Shown piece after piece: positions 15,148 to 29,297 of a stretch of DNA of 64,000 nucleotides. Below the pieces are notes generated by a model that worked only from the letters and a program-made list of their open reading frames with translations, did no database searches and had not been told where the DNA came from. Origin of the DNA: Podarcis pityusensis (taxonomy: Eukaryota); assembly GCA_964106645.2 (NCBI GenBank), contig OZ067038.1. One strand, given 5' to 3'. A program made the translations under genes and the position numbers. Each line of letters starts with the position of its first letter. Positions within the stretch are counted from its first letter, which is position 1.

Positions 15148-17561
15148 GTTTTTTTTAAAAAATGATATTTATTACTTTTTCAAAATTTCCAACACAGCAC
15201 TACAAACAAAGAGAAAAAGAAAAAAAATGGGCAAAAAAGAAAAAACAATACGAATACAATACAAAAACGCTACATGGACTAATAAATCAAGCAAAAACAA
15301 ACAAAAACAATTTAAAAACACCTCAAACATTTTCAGTATCTTATATTTCATTCACTTATTTCCAGCGACTTCCTCACACCTCCCTTTTTGTATTCCACTT
15401 CTATTATTTGTTTCAGCAATTCCTTTCCATCTTACTCTGTTTTCTGTTCTATAATTATCTTAACACATTATTGCCATACTTTTCCTTTAATTTTCTATTA
15501 ATCTATTTATATTTAATTCCTTATGACATTTCTACTAAAGTCATGTAATTTCATTCCAACATTTTTCTAACATTCCTTAATTTTACAATATTTCTATAAA
15601 TAGTCTTTAAACTTTTTCCAATCTTCTTCCACCGACTCTTCACCCTGGTCTCGGATCTTGCCAGTCATTTCCGCCAATTCCCTATAGTCCATCAACTTCG
15701 CCTGCCATTGTCCAACACTTCAGTGTTTTCAAGAAGCAACCATTCTCTCAACCAGCAAAAGGCAGATGGTTCACAACGAAGTTTAAAGGTCTGGCAGGGC
15801 AGGTCCACCTCCTTCTTTAGCATCCATCAATATCTTAAGCTTAACTCGAGGCTTCCTGCCCTGCCAAACAACTCTAGGAGCATCCCTCTGCCACCTCCTG
15901 AGACCCTCCATCCCATCCAGAGCTTGCAATGTTTGAAACAAAAGCAACATCCCCAGCAACACAGCAGCCCTCATCCCCACCACAATGACTCGGCCCAACA
16001 GTAACAACTTCTGATTTGTCCATATTTCCAAATCCCCCTTCTCTTCAATCCAACATCCTTCACAGTTGTCCTTAAGCAGATTCACATTTTTGGCGGTCAT
16101 ACTAACCCCCAAATACCTCTCTTTCTCAACCAATGTTAGTCCTGTCGCCTCCTGAAACTCTGTCAGGCTTTCCTTTTCCAATTCAGATAGGGCTCTGGTC
16201 CTCAAATTCATCCGTTCTTCTTTAAGTTCAATCATAACGAATGTCAGCTTATGTTCATCAAGTTGTCTTTGTATAGATGGGACTCTCCTCTTCAGTTGTA
16301 TTACTTTAAATTCAGCAGCAAGGGTTTTTTCCCTGACTTCATCTGCAGTTTGCCGTATCAGAGTAGATTCCTGTATCAGTTTCTGGGTGGTTTCTGAATT
16401 GGTATTCACCTTTTGTCCCAAATTATTTAAACTTTCTACAATTAAATCAGTTTCAATATTTGCAACATCCAATTTCACATTTATCGCATCTGTTTTCTTA
16501 TGGAGTTGTTCCAGCGAATCGTTTATTTTCAATAATGCAGCCACTAAGGCCTCCTCTGTCGACATCCCGTCTGTTTTTTCCTTTCCGTTTGCCATAACAC
16601 TTAAGAGATTCAAGGTCAATTCCAAAGTTTCACACTTTTCTTATCTTGCAGCTGGAAATTCCCCTAGCCCAGCTCCTATAAAGTAACCAATTTCAAAAGC
16701 TTCCACTAGGGGAAAACAGGTTGTATTTGTATCGGTCAATATGTCCTCTTTTAAACACAGTTTCAATAATCTGAAGTTAGTTTCAATTTTCAGTTACTTT
16801 CCTCCTTTTTTAAAAACAAGCGGAAACAGTAGAAACAATGTATTTCTCTTATTTAGCTAGCTGTCAATGAACGTTCTAAGCGCTGTCAATGAACATTCCA
16901 AAAAAAACACCAAAAAAACCCACATCAGTCTTACTAGCAGCCCGTTTCCAGGGTCAGAGCGGCGGTGTTTTAAGCCTCTTTGCTCTCTCCCGCAGGCATA
17001 CTCAATCCACAACTTCCCCCTCTCTTCTCCTGCCTCCAAGAGGGGGTTTAATGTTCTTTACCGTTGGAAATTTGATCTTTTACAAAAGACCTTCCAGGAC
17101 TCCAGCTTGCAACTTCGTTGCCTCAGTCTATTTACAAAAAGGGAAGGCGGACTTCCTGTTTTGAACCTCCCCGTTACGATACCAAATTAAACTTTTAGAG
17201 ATCCAATTCTTCCGTTTCAGCTCTACTCACGGGTAATTACTTTAAAGTCAAATTGTCCACAGGAAAAGGTCAGCGCTCTCCGGCAACAGCTATGCGGCTT
17301 CGCTCCGTGGAAGAAGCAGACGATTCGATGCACCGCGCCACTCACCGCACGTCGCTCCGGAGCCCCAAAAACCGGGGTTCCCCGCGAGTGGGGGAGGCGC
17401 AAAAGGTGCCCGCTGAATCCCACGTTCACAGGCTTCTCCTGCCTGTGATTTTAATGGGTCTCCGCCTTCGTCGTGGCGGCCAGACCCAGATTTCCATGGA
17501 GCAGATTCCTCCTGGTCAGGGGAATTCTGCCATTGCTGGAGGCGCCTCCCCCGGAAGTCTC
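15148..17561 (-). mobile_element. Internally deleted, full-ended L1-clade element (2.4 kb) with chimeric ORF1/ORF2 ORF (15783..16625)
   Basis: 13-bp TSD GATACACAGCAAG at 15135-15147 and 17562-17574; A-rich tail at about 15149-15156; GC-rich 5'UTR starting GAGACTTCCGGGGGAGGCGCC; ORF N-terminus coiled-coil-like, C-terminus YLGV...DLEIW...LFQTL...WQGRKPRVKLKIL...GG.ALPDL typical of post-RT L1 ORF2. Confidence 0.85.
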
Positions 17562-20500
17562 GATACACAGCAAGTTTTATCCTATGAAAATATGCTGCAT
17601 AACCAGGTCTTGGGCAGATGCTTCTTATATTGTGTAGAGTTTTTCTTGCTTTTCTCTTGGTAGTATTTGAATAACAGAACTTTCTGGAAATACTGTATAT
17701 GATCATTTTAGGATCCCAGACCTTTATATGAACTTTTCACTACTGCACCAGCATTCTGCAGGTAAACCCTTTAATTAGTGAAATGTTTAGCATTTAATGC
17801 TGGGTGCTTAGACAGTCACAATTTGTGGGTATGGTTCAGTGGCATACTGGCAAATGCTATGTGTACAATTGACATTAATTTGGCATTCTTGCACACACTG
17901 GAAAGTGTGGTATAACATTTGCTTGATATAATGTCATATAGCCTCTCCTCAAATTTTGTGCAAACAAATCAGGTAGAAGCTCAACAAACAGTCTGCAAGC
18001 AACTTTACTGTGCTACTGACCTCTGTAGTGATGGTTCAGACACTAGTGACTGGTCCAGCATCCTAATGACAAAGAATGAGAAATCTTTCTTACACAATCT
18101 CAAGCTTGGGTCACAGTTTAATGACATTGTTTCTCAAATTATTCAATATTTTCAAATCCACCATTATTGTCTGTGTTCTTTTTACAACTGTTCTGCTATT
18201 TGACAATTTATTTGGCTCAATATAAAGTTCTGCTAGAGATGCAAGAAGGAAGCAAAGCTGAGTACCTTAAGCAAATATATAACCTTAGGGCAACATCATG
18301 CTTACAAAGCTGTAAGCCCCTGCTCTGTTCACTGGTGCTTACTCTTTAGTAAGTATTCTGTGGATTGCAGCCTTAATATAAAAAGCTCAGAGTTTACTGC
18401 TGGGAGAGCCTCGCTGAACTGAAATGAGTAATAGTCACGCCAGTGAATCACTCTCTGGCTCATCTATCAGTGTTGTCTATCTTTTCCTTTATGCTTCTCA
18501 CAAGCAATCTACCTTTTTTATTTTCAAAAGCCAGCTTCAGCTGCAAATTTGCAAAAACAGCTTGAGCCTGGAGAGGAAAGATGTGCTTTGGTTGAACATA
18601 TGGAGGACACCATCATTCAGACAGCTCCAGCTTGTTGAGTAAGAGAGTGCTGTTTACGTTCTTTCCTTAAGGTGGGGGCTGTGGGACACACACACACTGT
18701 AGTCATGAGTGTTTGAGGACTCACCTACCCATCTCTTTGCTTAGGGGAAACAGATGGAAAAGATGCAAGAGTTATGCTGTGATGACTTGGAGGCATGGTC
18801 TGCCCTTCCCTGGTGAGTTGCCTTTCCTTGCTTACTTACCTTATCCTTGCACCTCAGCAGTGGAGCTGAGGTTCTTAATGGGTGTTTGCATCTGGAGTCC
18901 CATGTTCCTGTGAGTTATTGTGAAAAAAAAATGTTAACAACATTCCTCTCCTTCACACCAAGTATTCCTTTTCATCAACATTTGAAGGTCTTAGTTGTCT
19001 ACCATAAGATAGAGCCCCATGTCCTGTGCCACGATGTATTTATATATAAATAAGCTGTGTTATGTTTCTGGAGATGATATACCCCTGTGATTTGTTTTTG
19101 AGTTATTTTAGACCCCTGTCCTATGATATGGTATGACAGCATGGTAGAGTCGTGATCGTGGTCATAGCACAGGGCAATCACCTTAGGCTGTCCACTGATC
19201 CCTTAGTTTTATTTAACTTGCTCTGTCTTTTAATTTGGTATGTTACACTGTTGTTGCAACTGACTTCTGTGCATTAGATGTCAACTGTGCCCATTTAGTC
19301 ACTTGTGTTAGTGAGTACTGTGGTAATAATGCCAGTGTTGAATAATGCTGGTGCAACAGGGGCCTCTTCTGTGTCTTCTTCTAGGGCTCTGGAATTCTCT
19401 TTGGGGAAAGTGTGTCTCACTGTTTCTTTAATGGCCTTCCAGAAGCTAGAATAAACTTTTCTATGTAAGAAGGATTTTTGTTTACAGATGATGGCTTTAT
19501 TGAATTGGTTTTACTACTCTCTCTACCTGTTTGTAATCTGAAAACTGTTTGTAATTTTTGAAAACTGCTCCGTTATTGTTTTTCCATTGCTGTTTATAGT
19601 ATTTTAATGGTTTTGTAACTTATGTTTTAAATTGTTAGCTAATGGTTTGATTTTGCTGCTAGTCACCTTGAGCCTTTTTATGAGGACAGGCAGGGTACAA
19701 GTGTTGCCAGCAAACTAACCCACTACTCTGATTCAAAGTTTTGTTCTGCCAGCATAAGGAACTAGTAGTGATCCTATCCCCATCAAGTGGTTGTAATTCA
19801 AAGGCAGAATCACACTGTCGGTGCTTCCAGACAGTCACAATTTTCAGGTGGATTTCAATCATATGCTGGCAAATTCAGGTTGTGCAATTAAAGTTGATGT
19901 AGAGCTATTTCACGACAAGCTCACTTCCTTTCAAAATTGGACATTTTGCAATAAGGAAAGTGATGAGAAAATGCATTGGAATGTTTGAGATAACATTTGC
20001 TTGCCGGAGCATTGTCTAACCTCCCCAGAAACAAATTGGGATGAATGCTCAATAATTAGCCAATGTCAGCTCACCTCCTTGAAAACTTTATGCAAAGAAA
20101 TCAGGATGAAATCTCAGTAAACAGGTTGCCTGGATGCAAGCAGGAACTCTGCCTTGGGTTGTTCCCATGTTGTATTGTATGTGTGCCTGGGATTGCTTTT
20201 GCCCATAGCAACTTGATGGTGCACTAAATCCCAAGGGTGCTTTTTCAATCAGAGAGCAGTTTGGGTGGTTCTGTGCTGTGAGCTGCTGCGGCTCAAACTA
20301 AGGGGAAATCTGCAAGTGTGAGTACGGATATGTTGCACACATTTTACTTAGCTTTTCTGGGGTGTGGCAGTGATGGGGTAGGGAATGGCAGCAATATTTT
20401 TTTAGCATGCCTCAGTCAATTCAGAAAATGCCTGACTGTGTCTGCCAACAGATTCTGCAGTCTGTAGAACAGGGGGCAGGAACGGTAATTAATTATGTGT

Positions 20501-22037
20501 CTCACATCTTTTGTTATAAATCAGGAATTATTATGTGCTTAAAAAAACAGAAGAGAAATGACAGGGCAAAGAATCAATCAACAGCGATATTCTCATAGGC
20601 CCACACAAGGCACCAGGTGCAAATCTCTAATTAATATGTCAGGAATCTGAAAAGGAAGGAAAACAAATCTGAATCTCAGTAAAATGATGTTACTGTGTGT
20701 ACTGAACACCATTGAGAGGCAGTGAAAGACAGGAGATATCCTGATTTGAGCCCAGCAAAAAGTAGTCTTTTATGTGTTGGATATTGTACTTGATAACTTT
20801 GACTCTACAGCTGTGACAAGGCTAGGCATGATCACAGACTGAATTATGTGGCTATCTATTCCATGATAAAATAATCAATGATGAATTTGGGGCTGACCCA
20901 TCTATACGATGAAAGGGACATTTTTCTTCACCATTGGGCATTCAGAAATTACTAAATAATCAGCTGCTGAAATGGGGTGGGGAGCAGTGGTTTTCCGAGG
21001 GAGGGAGGGTAAGGAAAGAGCTCATGGCCCCATTGGGGCAGGGTTAGCAGCATGTTATATGAAAAGAGATGGACATCTTTGGAATAGACAGCGAAGCAAG
21101 CATACAGATCCGGGTGGTAGAGTCATCTGAAGTTTTCTGATAGGAGGCGTAACTCCTGTATTTTGTGAATGTAAGTCCTACACTGATTACCATGAACATC
21201 CGGTTTTCTTCTGTGTCCTCTCTTGTATCACCCACACGTGGGAAAAATATTTTGAGAAAGCCTCAAAGGTGTTATTTACTGTCTTGACTGAAACATTCAC
21301 ATCCATAACTTCTGTCCAGGACACCTATATGTCTTGGAATAGCCTTGAGTGAACTAATCACATAGCTGTAGATGTGGGAACAATTTATTATTCATTCTTG
21401 TTCATAACAGAATAGTAATCTGGCAAATGTATTTATCCATTTCAAACTTGTTTGGAGGACCAATGGATATTGTTTGAAGCTGCTTGGAAGGGACTTGCAT
21501 GGCCATGCCAGTAAGAAGGCTGTGGATAAAAATGAGAAAGCCAAGGTAGGCTGAACTCTGTGGGCAACTATACGGGCATCATCCTAAAATTTATGTGGGA
21601 GTTTAAAGCTGCATATAAACTACTAAGCCCAGTTTCCTGGAGATAAGCCTCATGCGACACAGTAGGAGTATACGGTATAGGATTGGGCTGTTAATGACAT
21701 TGGCATGGGAGGGAGCTAGCTGTGAAGGACAGGTGCCTTTAGAAAGCACATGTGATGCACATGGCCTAAAAGTATCCTGCTATTGTCCATGCTTGCTGAG
21801 TGCAGGGACAGGAAACTGCTGACATTTGAACTCAGCATGTTATGTGGCTTTAAAGAGATCAGTTGTGCCGAATGTGCATGTCTGAGCCCGGGGAGTGGAG
21901 GGAGCCCTTTTGTATCCAGCTTGTGTGTGTGTATGTGTGCGCATCTGTCAGTACTTTTCCTTATTATGTACAACCTGGTTAGCAGCATCCCTGAACAAAC
22001 CCTTTTCCTGAGAAACAAATATATTCTTATTGGTTAT

Positions 22038-22600
22038 TAAAGGTAAAGGACCCTTGGACAGTTAAGTTCAGTCAAAGGCGACTATGGGGTGCGGTGCTCA
22101 TCTCGCTTCAGGCCAAGGGAGCCAGCATTTGTCCACAGACAGATTTCCGGGTCATGTGGCCAGCTTGACTAAACAGCTTCTGGCGCAACAGGACACTGTG
22201 ACAGAAGCCAGAGTGCACAGAAATGCCCTTTACCTTTCCACCACAGCAGTACCTATTTATCTACAGTCATACCTCGGGTTGAATGTGCTTCAGGTTGAGT
22301 GCTTTCGGGTTGTGCTCCGTGGCAGCCCGGAAGTAACAGAGCGCGTTACTTCTGGGTTTCGCCGCTCATGCATGCGCAGATGCTCAAAATGACGTCACAC
22401 ACATGCACAGAAGCGGCAAAATGCAACCTGAGCACGTGCTGACGTGCCATCACGTCTTACATTCTATTCAGGATGCGAACGGGGCTCCGGAACGGATCCC
22501 TTTTGCATCCCGAGGTACTACTGTACTTGCACTGGTGTGCTTTTGAACTGCTAGGTTAGCAGAAGCTGGGATAGAGCAATAGGAGCTCAGCCCATCGTGT
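22038..22600 (-). mobile_element. Sauria-type SINE interrupted by a MITE
   Basis: AAAGGTAAAGG tail, GGTGCTCATCTC...GGGAGCC...GGTCATGTGGCCAGC...TACCTATTTATCTA; resumes CTTGCACTGG...GAACTGCTAGGTT after the MITE. Confidence 0.75.
22264..22523. mobile_element. Tc1/mariner-type MITE nested in the SINE
   Basis: Imperfect TIRs CAGTCATACCTCGGG / CCCGAGGTACTACTG with TA duplicated at 22262-22263 and 22524-22525; related copy at 56960-57189. Confidence 0.8.
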
Positions 22601-24471
22601 GTATTAGAGCAAACTCTGTGGGAGATGATTTGCCCTTTCTGAAGCAGGTGAAATTCACTAGATATACAATATTTGATCCTTGAATGGGGAACCCAGCTCC
22701 TTTCTGGGTGCTAGAAAAACAGAAATGCTTACTTATCTGGCATGAGCTGCATCTGCCATTCCCTGCTGCTGAATCCGCTTTTGAGATGTTGCATTTTACC
22801 CTGGAGAACTGCTCAGCTGTCTCTGAACCTTCCAGATGATGTCATTTCCATGCCCTCTTTTTCCAAGGGAGTTGCTGTTAAACTCAAATAGCTAACCAGA
22901 ACTGCTAGTGAACTGCGGGTTTTTTTTTTTTTTTGTTGGTTTGTTTGCTTGCTTATCATGTAGTAAGTGCAACACTTGTGGGAATCTGAGTGCTGAACTG
23001 AAAGTTTTCAGGAAAGAGGTTTTGGCTCAAAATTGGGAGCGGCTTGTCTCCCCAAGAGTAAGGGAGAGATTTTAGAAAGTGAAAACTGAAAAAGTTTAGT
23101 GGGAGTGAGAGGGCTTACTATTGGCAGTGAGTGCATGGTTGTTCTCTCAACTGTTTTAAAAGCTCCATTTGTTCCCTTTCTTTTTTGAGGCATTATAAGT
23201 GAGAAAGAGCATCCATCATATTATGAAGCCCACATTGCCCTGGGATGACATTATGTCTACCAATGGTAAGGCACATTCGTTCCATAACCCTTGTGCAGTT
23301 TATTCCCCGCTCCTGAAAAATAGGTGACCACCTCCCAGTCCACCACATGTGAATGAGACAGTGAATTTGAAGGCAGGCATTTTCCGTCAGTTTTTTTTTA
23401 ATGGATTCCAGAATGTGAAGCTCACCAAACTATAGCCATCATGACCGCTAGATGTCCAGTGAATAGAAACATTAAAGGTGATGGAGAATTTCACCATATT
23501 ATTTTTTAAAAAACCAGAATTATAATTGCACCTGCTATTTTTGCTAGCTTCACATTACAGGCCCTAGATTATAGGGATTGCACGTAAAATTGCTTTGTTG
23601 AAACCTCTCCAAAGGCAAGTGATGCAATGTGTTACATGCAATGCTGTCTGAAAATGAATACCCCTTAGTTTTAATTAGACATTCACCCGAGGTATGGATG
23701 ATAGCATAACTTTATTAATCACACCAATAAGAGCTCAGGTTGGAGAGTAAATAAAATGTTGCAAGCAGTTTGCATAAGTGTTCAAGGTGGTTGAGTTGGA
23801 GTTGCTTCAGACCTGTTTTGGTCAGTGTCTGCTGCTGCTGCTGCTGCCCACTCAAAAGGTGAGCAGAGCAGCTGGGCTTGGTTAGGTAAATATGAAGACA
23901 TACAGTACAGCATTTTGTATTTTAAAATACTCCCTGATATCCCCTAATTGGGCCTTAGAGAAAATGTGAATAATATCAAGAGTTCTGAGCAATTGGTTAA
24001 TGCTCTTTGAGAGTTATTATCCGAACATTTGCTTAGAGAAGCAGGAAGGATGATAAGGCAGGTGAAATTATCTGGGAGATGGATAGAAATTTTATCAGGT
24101 TGAAACAAATGTAGGTTCATGTGCATTACTCAGATATGAATCGCCATGATGGATTTTCTAAGTAAAAATCCAAATTCAGATGCTGAATACTACTTTCACT
24201 GTTTGACTTACTTAACATAGCAACATATTTAGTTAAAGAATAACTTTTTCTTAAAGTTCTTTGTTATCCAGTGATGTAATATTATATCCAGTTGTTGACA
24301 TCATCATCATAAGGGCACCTTCAGACTGTTTCTTATTTTGTGGGAGGGATTCAAGCACGTATCAGAAATTTAGATTTGAGCAATTAAAGCTGATTAAAGT
24401 GATCCATCATCCTTCACAATAAATTCACTTACAAGCACACACACACTTTTTGCAGTTAGGAAAGTGATGGA

Positions 24472-24608
24472 CAGGGCTTTTTTCAGCTGGAACTCACTGG
24501 AGCTCAGTTCCAGCACCTCTCAGTTGGGCGCCATTGCCATTATAAGAGAACAAGGGAGGCATTCATGGGGAATTCTGGCACCTCTTTTTCTAGAAAAAAA
24601 AAGCACTG
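24472..24608. mobile_element. Small hAT-type MITE
   Basis: Termini CAGGGCTTTTTTTC / AAAAAAAAGCACTG; near-perfect 8-bp TSD GTGATGGA (24464-24471) / GTGATGGG (24609-24616). Confidence 0.7.
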
Positions 24609-27600
24609 GTGATGGGTAAATGCACTGAAAAATGTGAGATGAATGAATGATTGACAGGAAGATGTAAAACTCATACAAACCAATCAGAATGAATGTTCAT
24701 TGTTGTATAATCACCCCACAAACAAATCAGAATGAATGCTTAATAATGACTGAACATAGTCTAACTTCTGCAAAAGCTTTGTGCAAGCAAATAAGAATGA
24801 ACGTTCAATAAACAGGTTTAAGGCTGGTGGTTCAGGTCACTAACGTGAGCTCTATGTCTCAGCGGAGGCTTTTAAAGAACACTTTAAAAACACAAAACTG
24901 TTTCCTTGGTGTAGTATCACTCGTACGGCACCTGTGGCCAAAACACCACGTAAACTAATCCTCATGTTCAACTCAAAGGCCTGGATTCAATGTTCTCTGA
25001 CCACGCTGTTGTGTTATCATGGGGGTGAGAATAATGGTTGTGCAATATAAAATCCAGCGCAACAGTTGTGCTAGCAGAAGCTTGTTGTACAGCAGGTTAT
25101 TCAACAGAAAGTATAATCTGTTTTGCAACCAACCACAAGAAGCAGGCTAGCTTCCTGCCCTTATCTTGTAGAAGCCATTTTGCACAGGGCAGCCCAACTT
25201 TTCATACCAAGTGGGCTGCATGAGTACCTTGACACTTAATTTTTACCTCGCACTTTCAGTACAGCTTTTTTTTTTTGCGGAAGGGGATGTCAGAAGAAAT
25301 TTAGTCATAATTTGCTGTTTGGGAACTGTTTGCTCAGGAAAAGGGTACAAAGATTTTCCTGTTATTTTTGCCATTGTTTTAGAAATTCAGGAACATAAAA
25401 ACTGCCTTATATTAAGTCAGACCCTTTGTCCTGTCTGCATTGATGGGAGGGTCTCCCCAGGGTTTCAGAAAGAGGATGTTCCCAGCCCTGCCACTTCAAC
25501 ATGCAAAGCAGATGCTGTACCACTGAGCTATGGCCCTTGGGGTTCCAAGACATAAAAAACAAGTACACCATGGGTCACCATTTAAAAACCAGTGTCCTTG
25601 ACCATACAGTTTTAAAATTCGGTTTATAGATGGGAAAAATATGAAGCCAAATTTAACCACATCTGAAGATGACCTAAGGAGTTTCATTACTTCAGTCAGA
25701 GTTCTCTATAATAATGCAATTTTTCTACAGCATCTCATTTTTGTCTTTTTAAAAGAAGCTTGGATTCAGTTCAAAACAGGTATCGGGAAAGCTTCAAAAG
25801 AAGTGGATCCTGTGTATATTCTTCCCTGCCTCTTTCAGTCAAAAGTATAAATAGCATCAATCCATGTGAAAAGGTAACAGTATTTTCAAGACTGATGAGC
25901 TGCATTTTACAGAAATTAAGATATCCTAATTTGGACATGGTGATAACCCCAGAACTGAATTTGGTCTATTGATATTCATACATTGTTGTTTGAGTTGTAC
26001 AATCCCATGTTGGATTGCTTTTTAGATGTACTGATTGCATCATTCTTCATACGTACAAACAGTGGCTCTCTAGGGCAATGCTGAATACTCTTTCCTCCAC
26101 CAGCAGAGGTGTAATAATGATATACTGTATTTAAAAGAGGTTTCTGTAAAGCACAGGCTCCAGAAATATACCTTCCTTGGCTTTAGATGACACTGAGTTC
26201 TGAAGTTCAGCAGTTGCATAGGTAGCTGAATATGTACCTTGGGGTGAATTATTGCTTGTGATTTCTTCTTGATGGGTTGATAGCAAGACACCTCTATAGT
26301 CTCCGTTTGCAAGCATCTGTTACAAGCCGTATTGAGAGTTTCCTTTTAAAGAAGATCTGGTAAAAAACAGAATGATTGCTCTCATTTCTGTCTCACCATG
26401 GAATTGTTCCCCCCCCCCCTTTTTCTATTGATCTGGAAAAACAGCTGAGAAAACGTACTATAGACTGAAAAGTAAGAGGGGAATATAAGGCACATTAATG
26501 GTCTCTGTTCTGAGCCTAGTTTTTGAAGAGGGCTTTACCAAACAGGAAAGGAGCCCCAGATGAACACCGGGAAGGTCTAGTCATTTTCTCTCATCAGCAC
26601 TCCTGACGCTGTACAGTAAAAGCTGTTTCCAGGGATTACGCGGTGCACGCTCTTCTGCTTAGTAACAACCCATTTCCTCAGCCAAGAGACACTTATTTGT
26701 GCTCCTCTCTTAAGTGGCTGCTTTCCAGAGAGAACAGGTAAGCGAACATGAAAAGTAATTTTTTTCCTGAATAAATAACATAGCCTAGCAGCAGTTTGCA
26801 AGGAGGGTGGCATAAGCACTTCCCATTTCTAGTCGGAGCAGCTGTCTGTCAGTTGTGATTCACTGTCTGTAAACAGGCAGAGAGGTTATTTTGCTGGCGT
26901 GCTTCATGTTATGCTGATTAAGTTTGGATAGCCATTCCAAAGGAAAATGCATTGATAATGGGAGCAGCATCATTAAGGTTTAGAAGGTAATAAGAGCAGA
27001 CAGCAGCGGGGGGTGGGTAGGAGTGGGAGTTCTGCATCTCTACAATGTACAGGTTTAAAATTACCAAGTATTGCAAGTGGAGCTTGATTAGCCAGCCCAG
27101 GGTAACTGAAGGTCAATTGTATCCCGTGGGGTTAAAGATTCAGACAGCAAGATGCAAACACATTTGTTGTGGATCAAAATCAAGCTGTTACCGATATTTA
27201 GGCAGACGATCAAACAGGGGATTTGCCGAATGCAGTAACTGCATCTACCTAAGACTTAGCATTATTTAACAGTTGCCCTTTTGCTTTTTACATTTTTCTC
27301 TTTGGGAGTCTCCTTGCTTATCTAGGAGGCCTGAAGGTCATGGTCACTAGAGCTCTCAGTTCTCCAAATACACTGGCTGATTCAGACATACAGACTCATT
27401 TCGGTGTTTACATGTTTGGAATACATTTGTGTTTGAATAAGTGGCTTCTGCACACACAGTCTTTTGAGAGAAATGGGAGAAAGGTCTGTCTTGCCTGTCC
27501 AAACATGCATGGGCTTGTGTGTCCATGTGGGGAAAAATGCACACTTTCCCAAATTTGGCCCATGATGGCATCCTGATGAGGGAGGGTGCGAGGTTCTACA

Positions 27601-29098
27601 GTCTGATCTTAGGTAGGCAGGATTAAAATTTCAAAGATGAAGAAAGACATGTTTTAAGATAATTTGCTGGATTTACTTTTCTATTCCTCATAATATTATC
27701 AAAGCAAATCAGATATCTGCAAGAAAAACAAAAAATCCTGTGTTTTTTAAAAAAAATCAAAGCCTTTGGGACAGTTATTGTTTATGTAAAAGCCAAACAT
27801 TTGCTATATTGTTATGTTTTTCCCAGTAAGGCCATCATCGTCATTTTAGTAAAAGCAGGCATCATCTTTATTTAGTATGTGAGCTTCAATTCTTCCATCC
27901 ATGAATGCAGAATAAATGCCAAGCAACACAGAGACATGTGTAATAAACCCAAATAGCTGCTTATTTTAGTGATAAGCTGAATAAGAAAGGGGTATTTTAA
28001 GTGGAATAGCAGTGGGGAAAGGGATGGTTAATAATTCCCCTGCCCTCTTTCCATTACAACTCAATCCCTCCCAGTCCACTCCTTCTGTCCATTGCTCCAG
28101 ACCAAATTCCCTATGTTACTTCTCCACCCCATAGTAGATGTGCAGAGGACAGACTTACCCACCCACCATGCCTGGAATACTGGATACAAGGCTCAAGCAG
28201 AAACCTGTTGCTACTTCCTCCACTACCTGACCTGTTGGAGTCTGTTGTGTTGTGCTCCCTGGCTCACCCAGCCAGCAGAATTTTTGAAAAACAGAAGTTG
28301 TCAGTCCTCTCATACCCATATGACACTTAAGAAAAAAGGAAGCAAAAAGCCATTTCAAACAAGTTCACTGAATTGTTTATAGGAGCCTCCCTATTGCCAG
28401 TGTGTTGATCAGAGGTATATTAACCCCATCTAGTCTGAACATAGGAGAGGACAGCTGTACAATTTTTCTGCCTAAACCTGCACTGGAAAATGGTGTGAAG
28501 CAGCCCTAGCAAGAGTCTCAACCAGGCCCATGTGTTGCCCCAGGCAACCATCTGGACTCTAAACAGATGTGTACAAAGAGTCAAATCAAAACTAGCAATA
28601 TTTAATCCTTTGAGGTGGGATATGTACTGCATTTAATAGCTAAACGTGTTATGCTGAAGTGGAGTTAATCAAACCCAAAGTCAAGTACTTTGTGGGTTGT
28701 GAACTGGCCTCTGCTGCTGCATATTAGTTATTTGAAGGGTGCCTTTGGTGAGATCCTTCACACTTTGAAACTGCCTGCCAAGAGAAATCGTAGGAAAACA
28801 CATTTACACTCAAACTCAGGGCTTGTCCACATTTATGCTTGTCCTGCCGCTTCCTCCTGGGGAAACCTGCTCTTTACTGCTGAATTGGAGTAAACGTCAA
28901 TCGGATTTTCAGTGGATTGATACCTGCTTTGATTCAGTGGCAACATGCAGGTTTTCCTGGGGAAAGCAGATGCACTGGACAAGCAGAAAATCTCTTGGAC
29001 CTGTGCTTTCTAGGCACAGGACATGCAAAGTATGGACGAGCCTCAGTGACAATTAGAAAGCATTGTGTATACACTCTCTCTCACAGCCACACAACCCA

Positions 29099-29297
29099 GG
29101 CTGTGTACACATTGCCAGCTTAAAACACACCTAGGTTGTTCTTTTTCTGAGTTCACATTGAAGCTGGTTTGGAGAAAAATGCATAAAAACGCAGTATTTC
29201 ATGAATGTATAGATACAGGATGTCAGATGTACACCACTTCCCAAACCAGCGCTGGGGGCGCACTGGATGCAGAGTAAATGTGAATGTGTACACAGCC
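29099..29297. mobile_element. PIF/Harbinger-like MITE (related copy about 32929-33142)
   Basis: TIRs GGCTGTGTACACATT / AATGTGTACACAGCC with 3-bp CCA flanks; internal sequence shared with 32929-33142. Confidence 0.55.

Noticed and set aside
26598-26737. Splice-bounded segment with peptide KSCFQGL, reminiscent of the TRIM66 RING first half
   Set aside because: Stops in all three frames and only a 7-residue resemblance from memory; cannot be supported without alignment.
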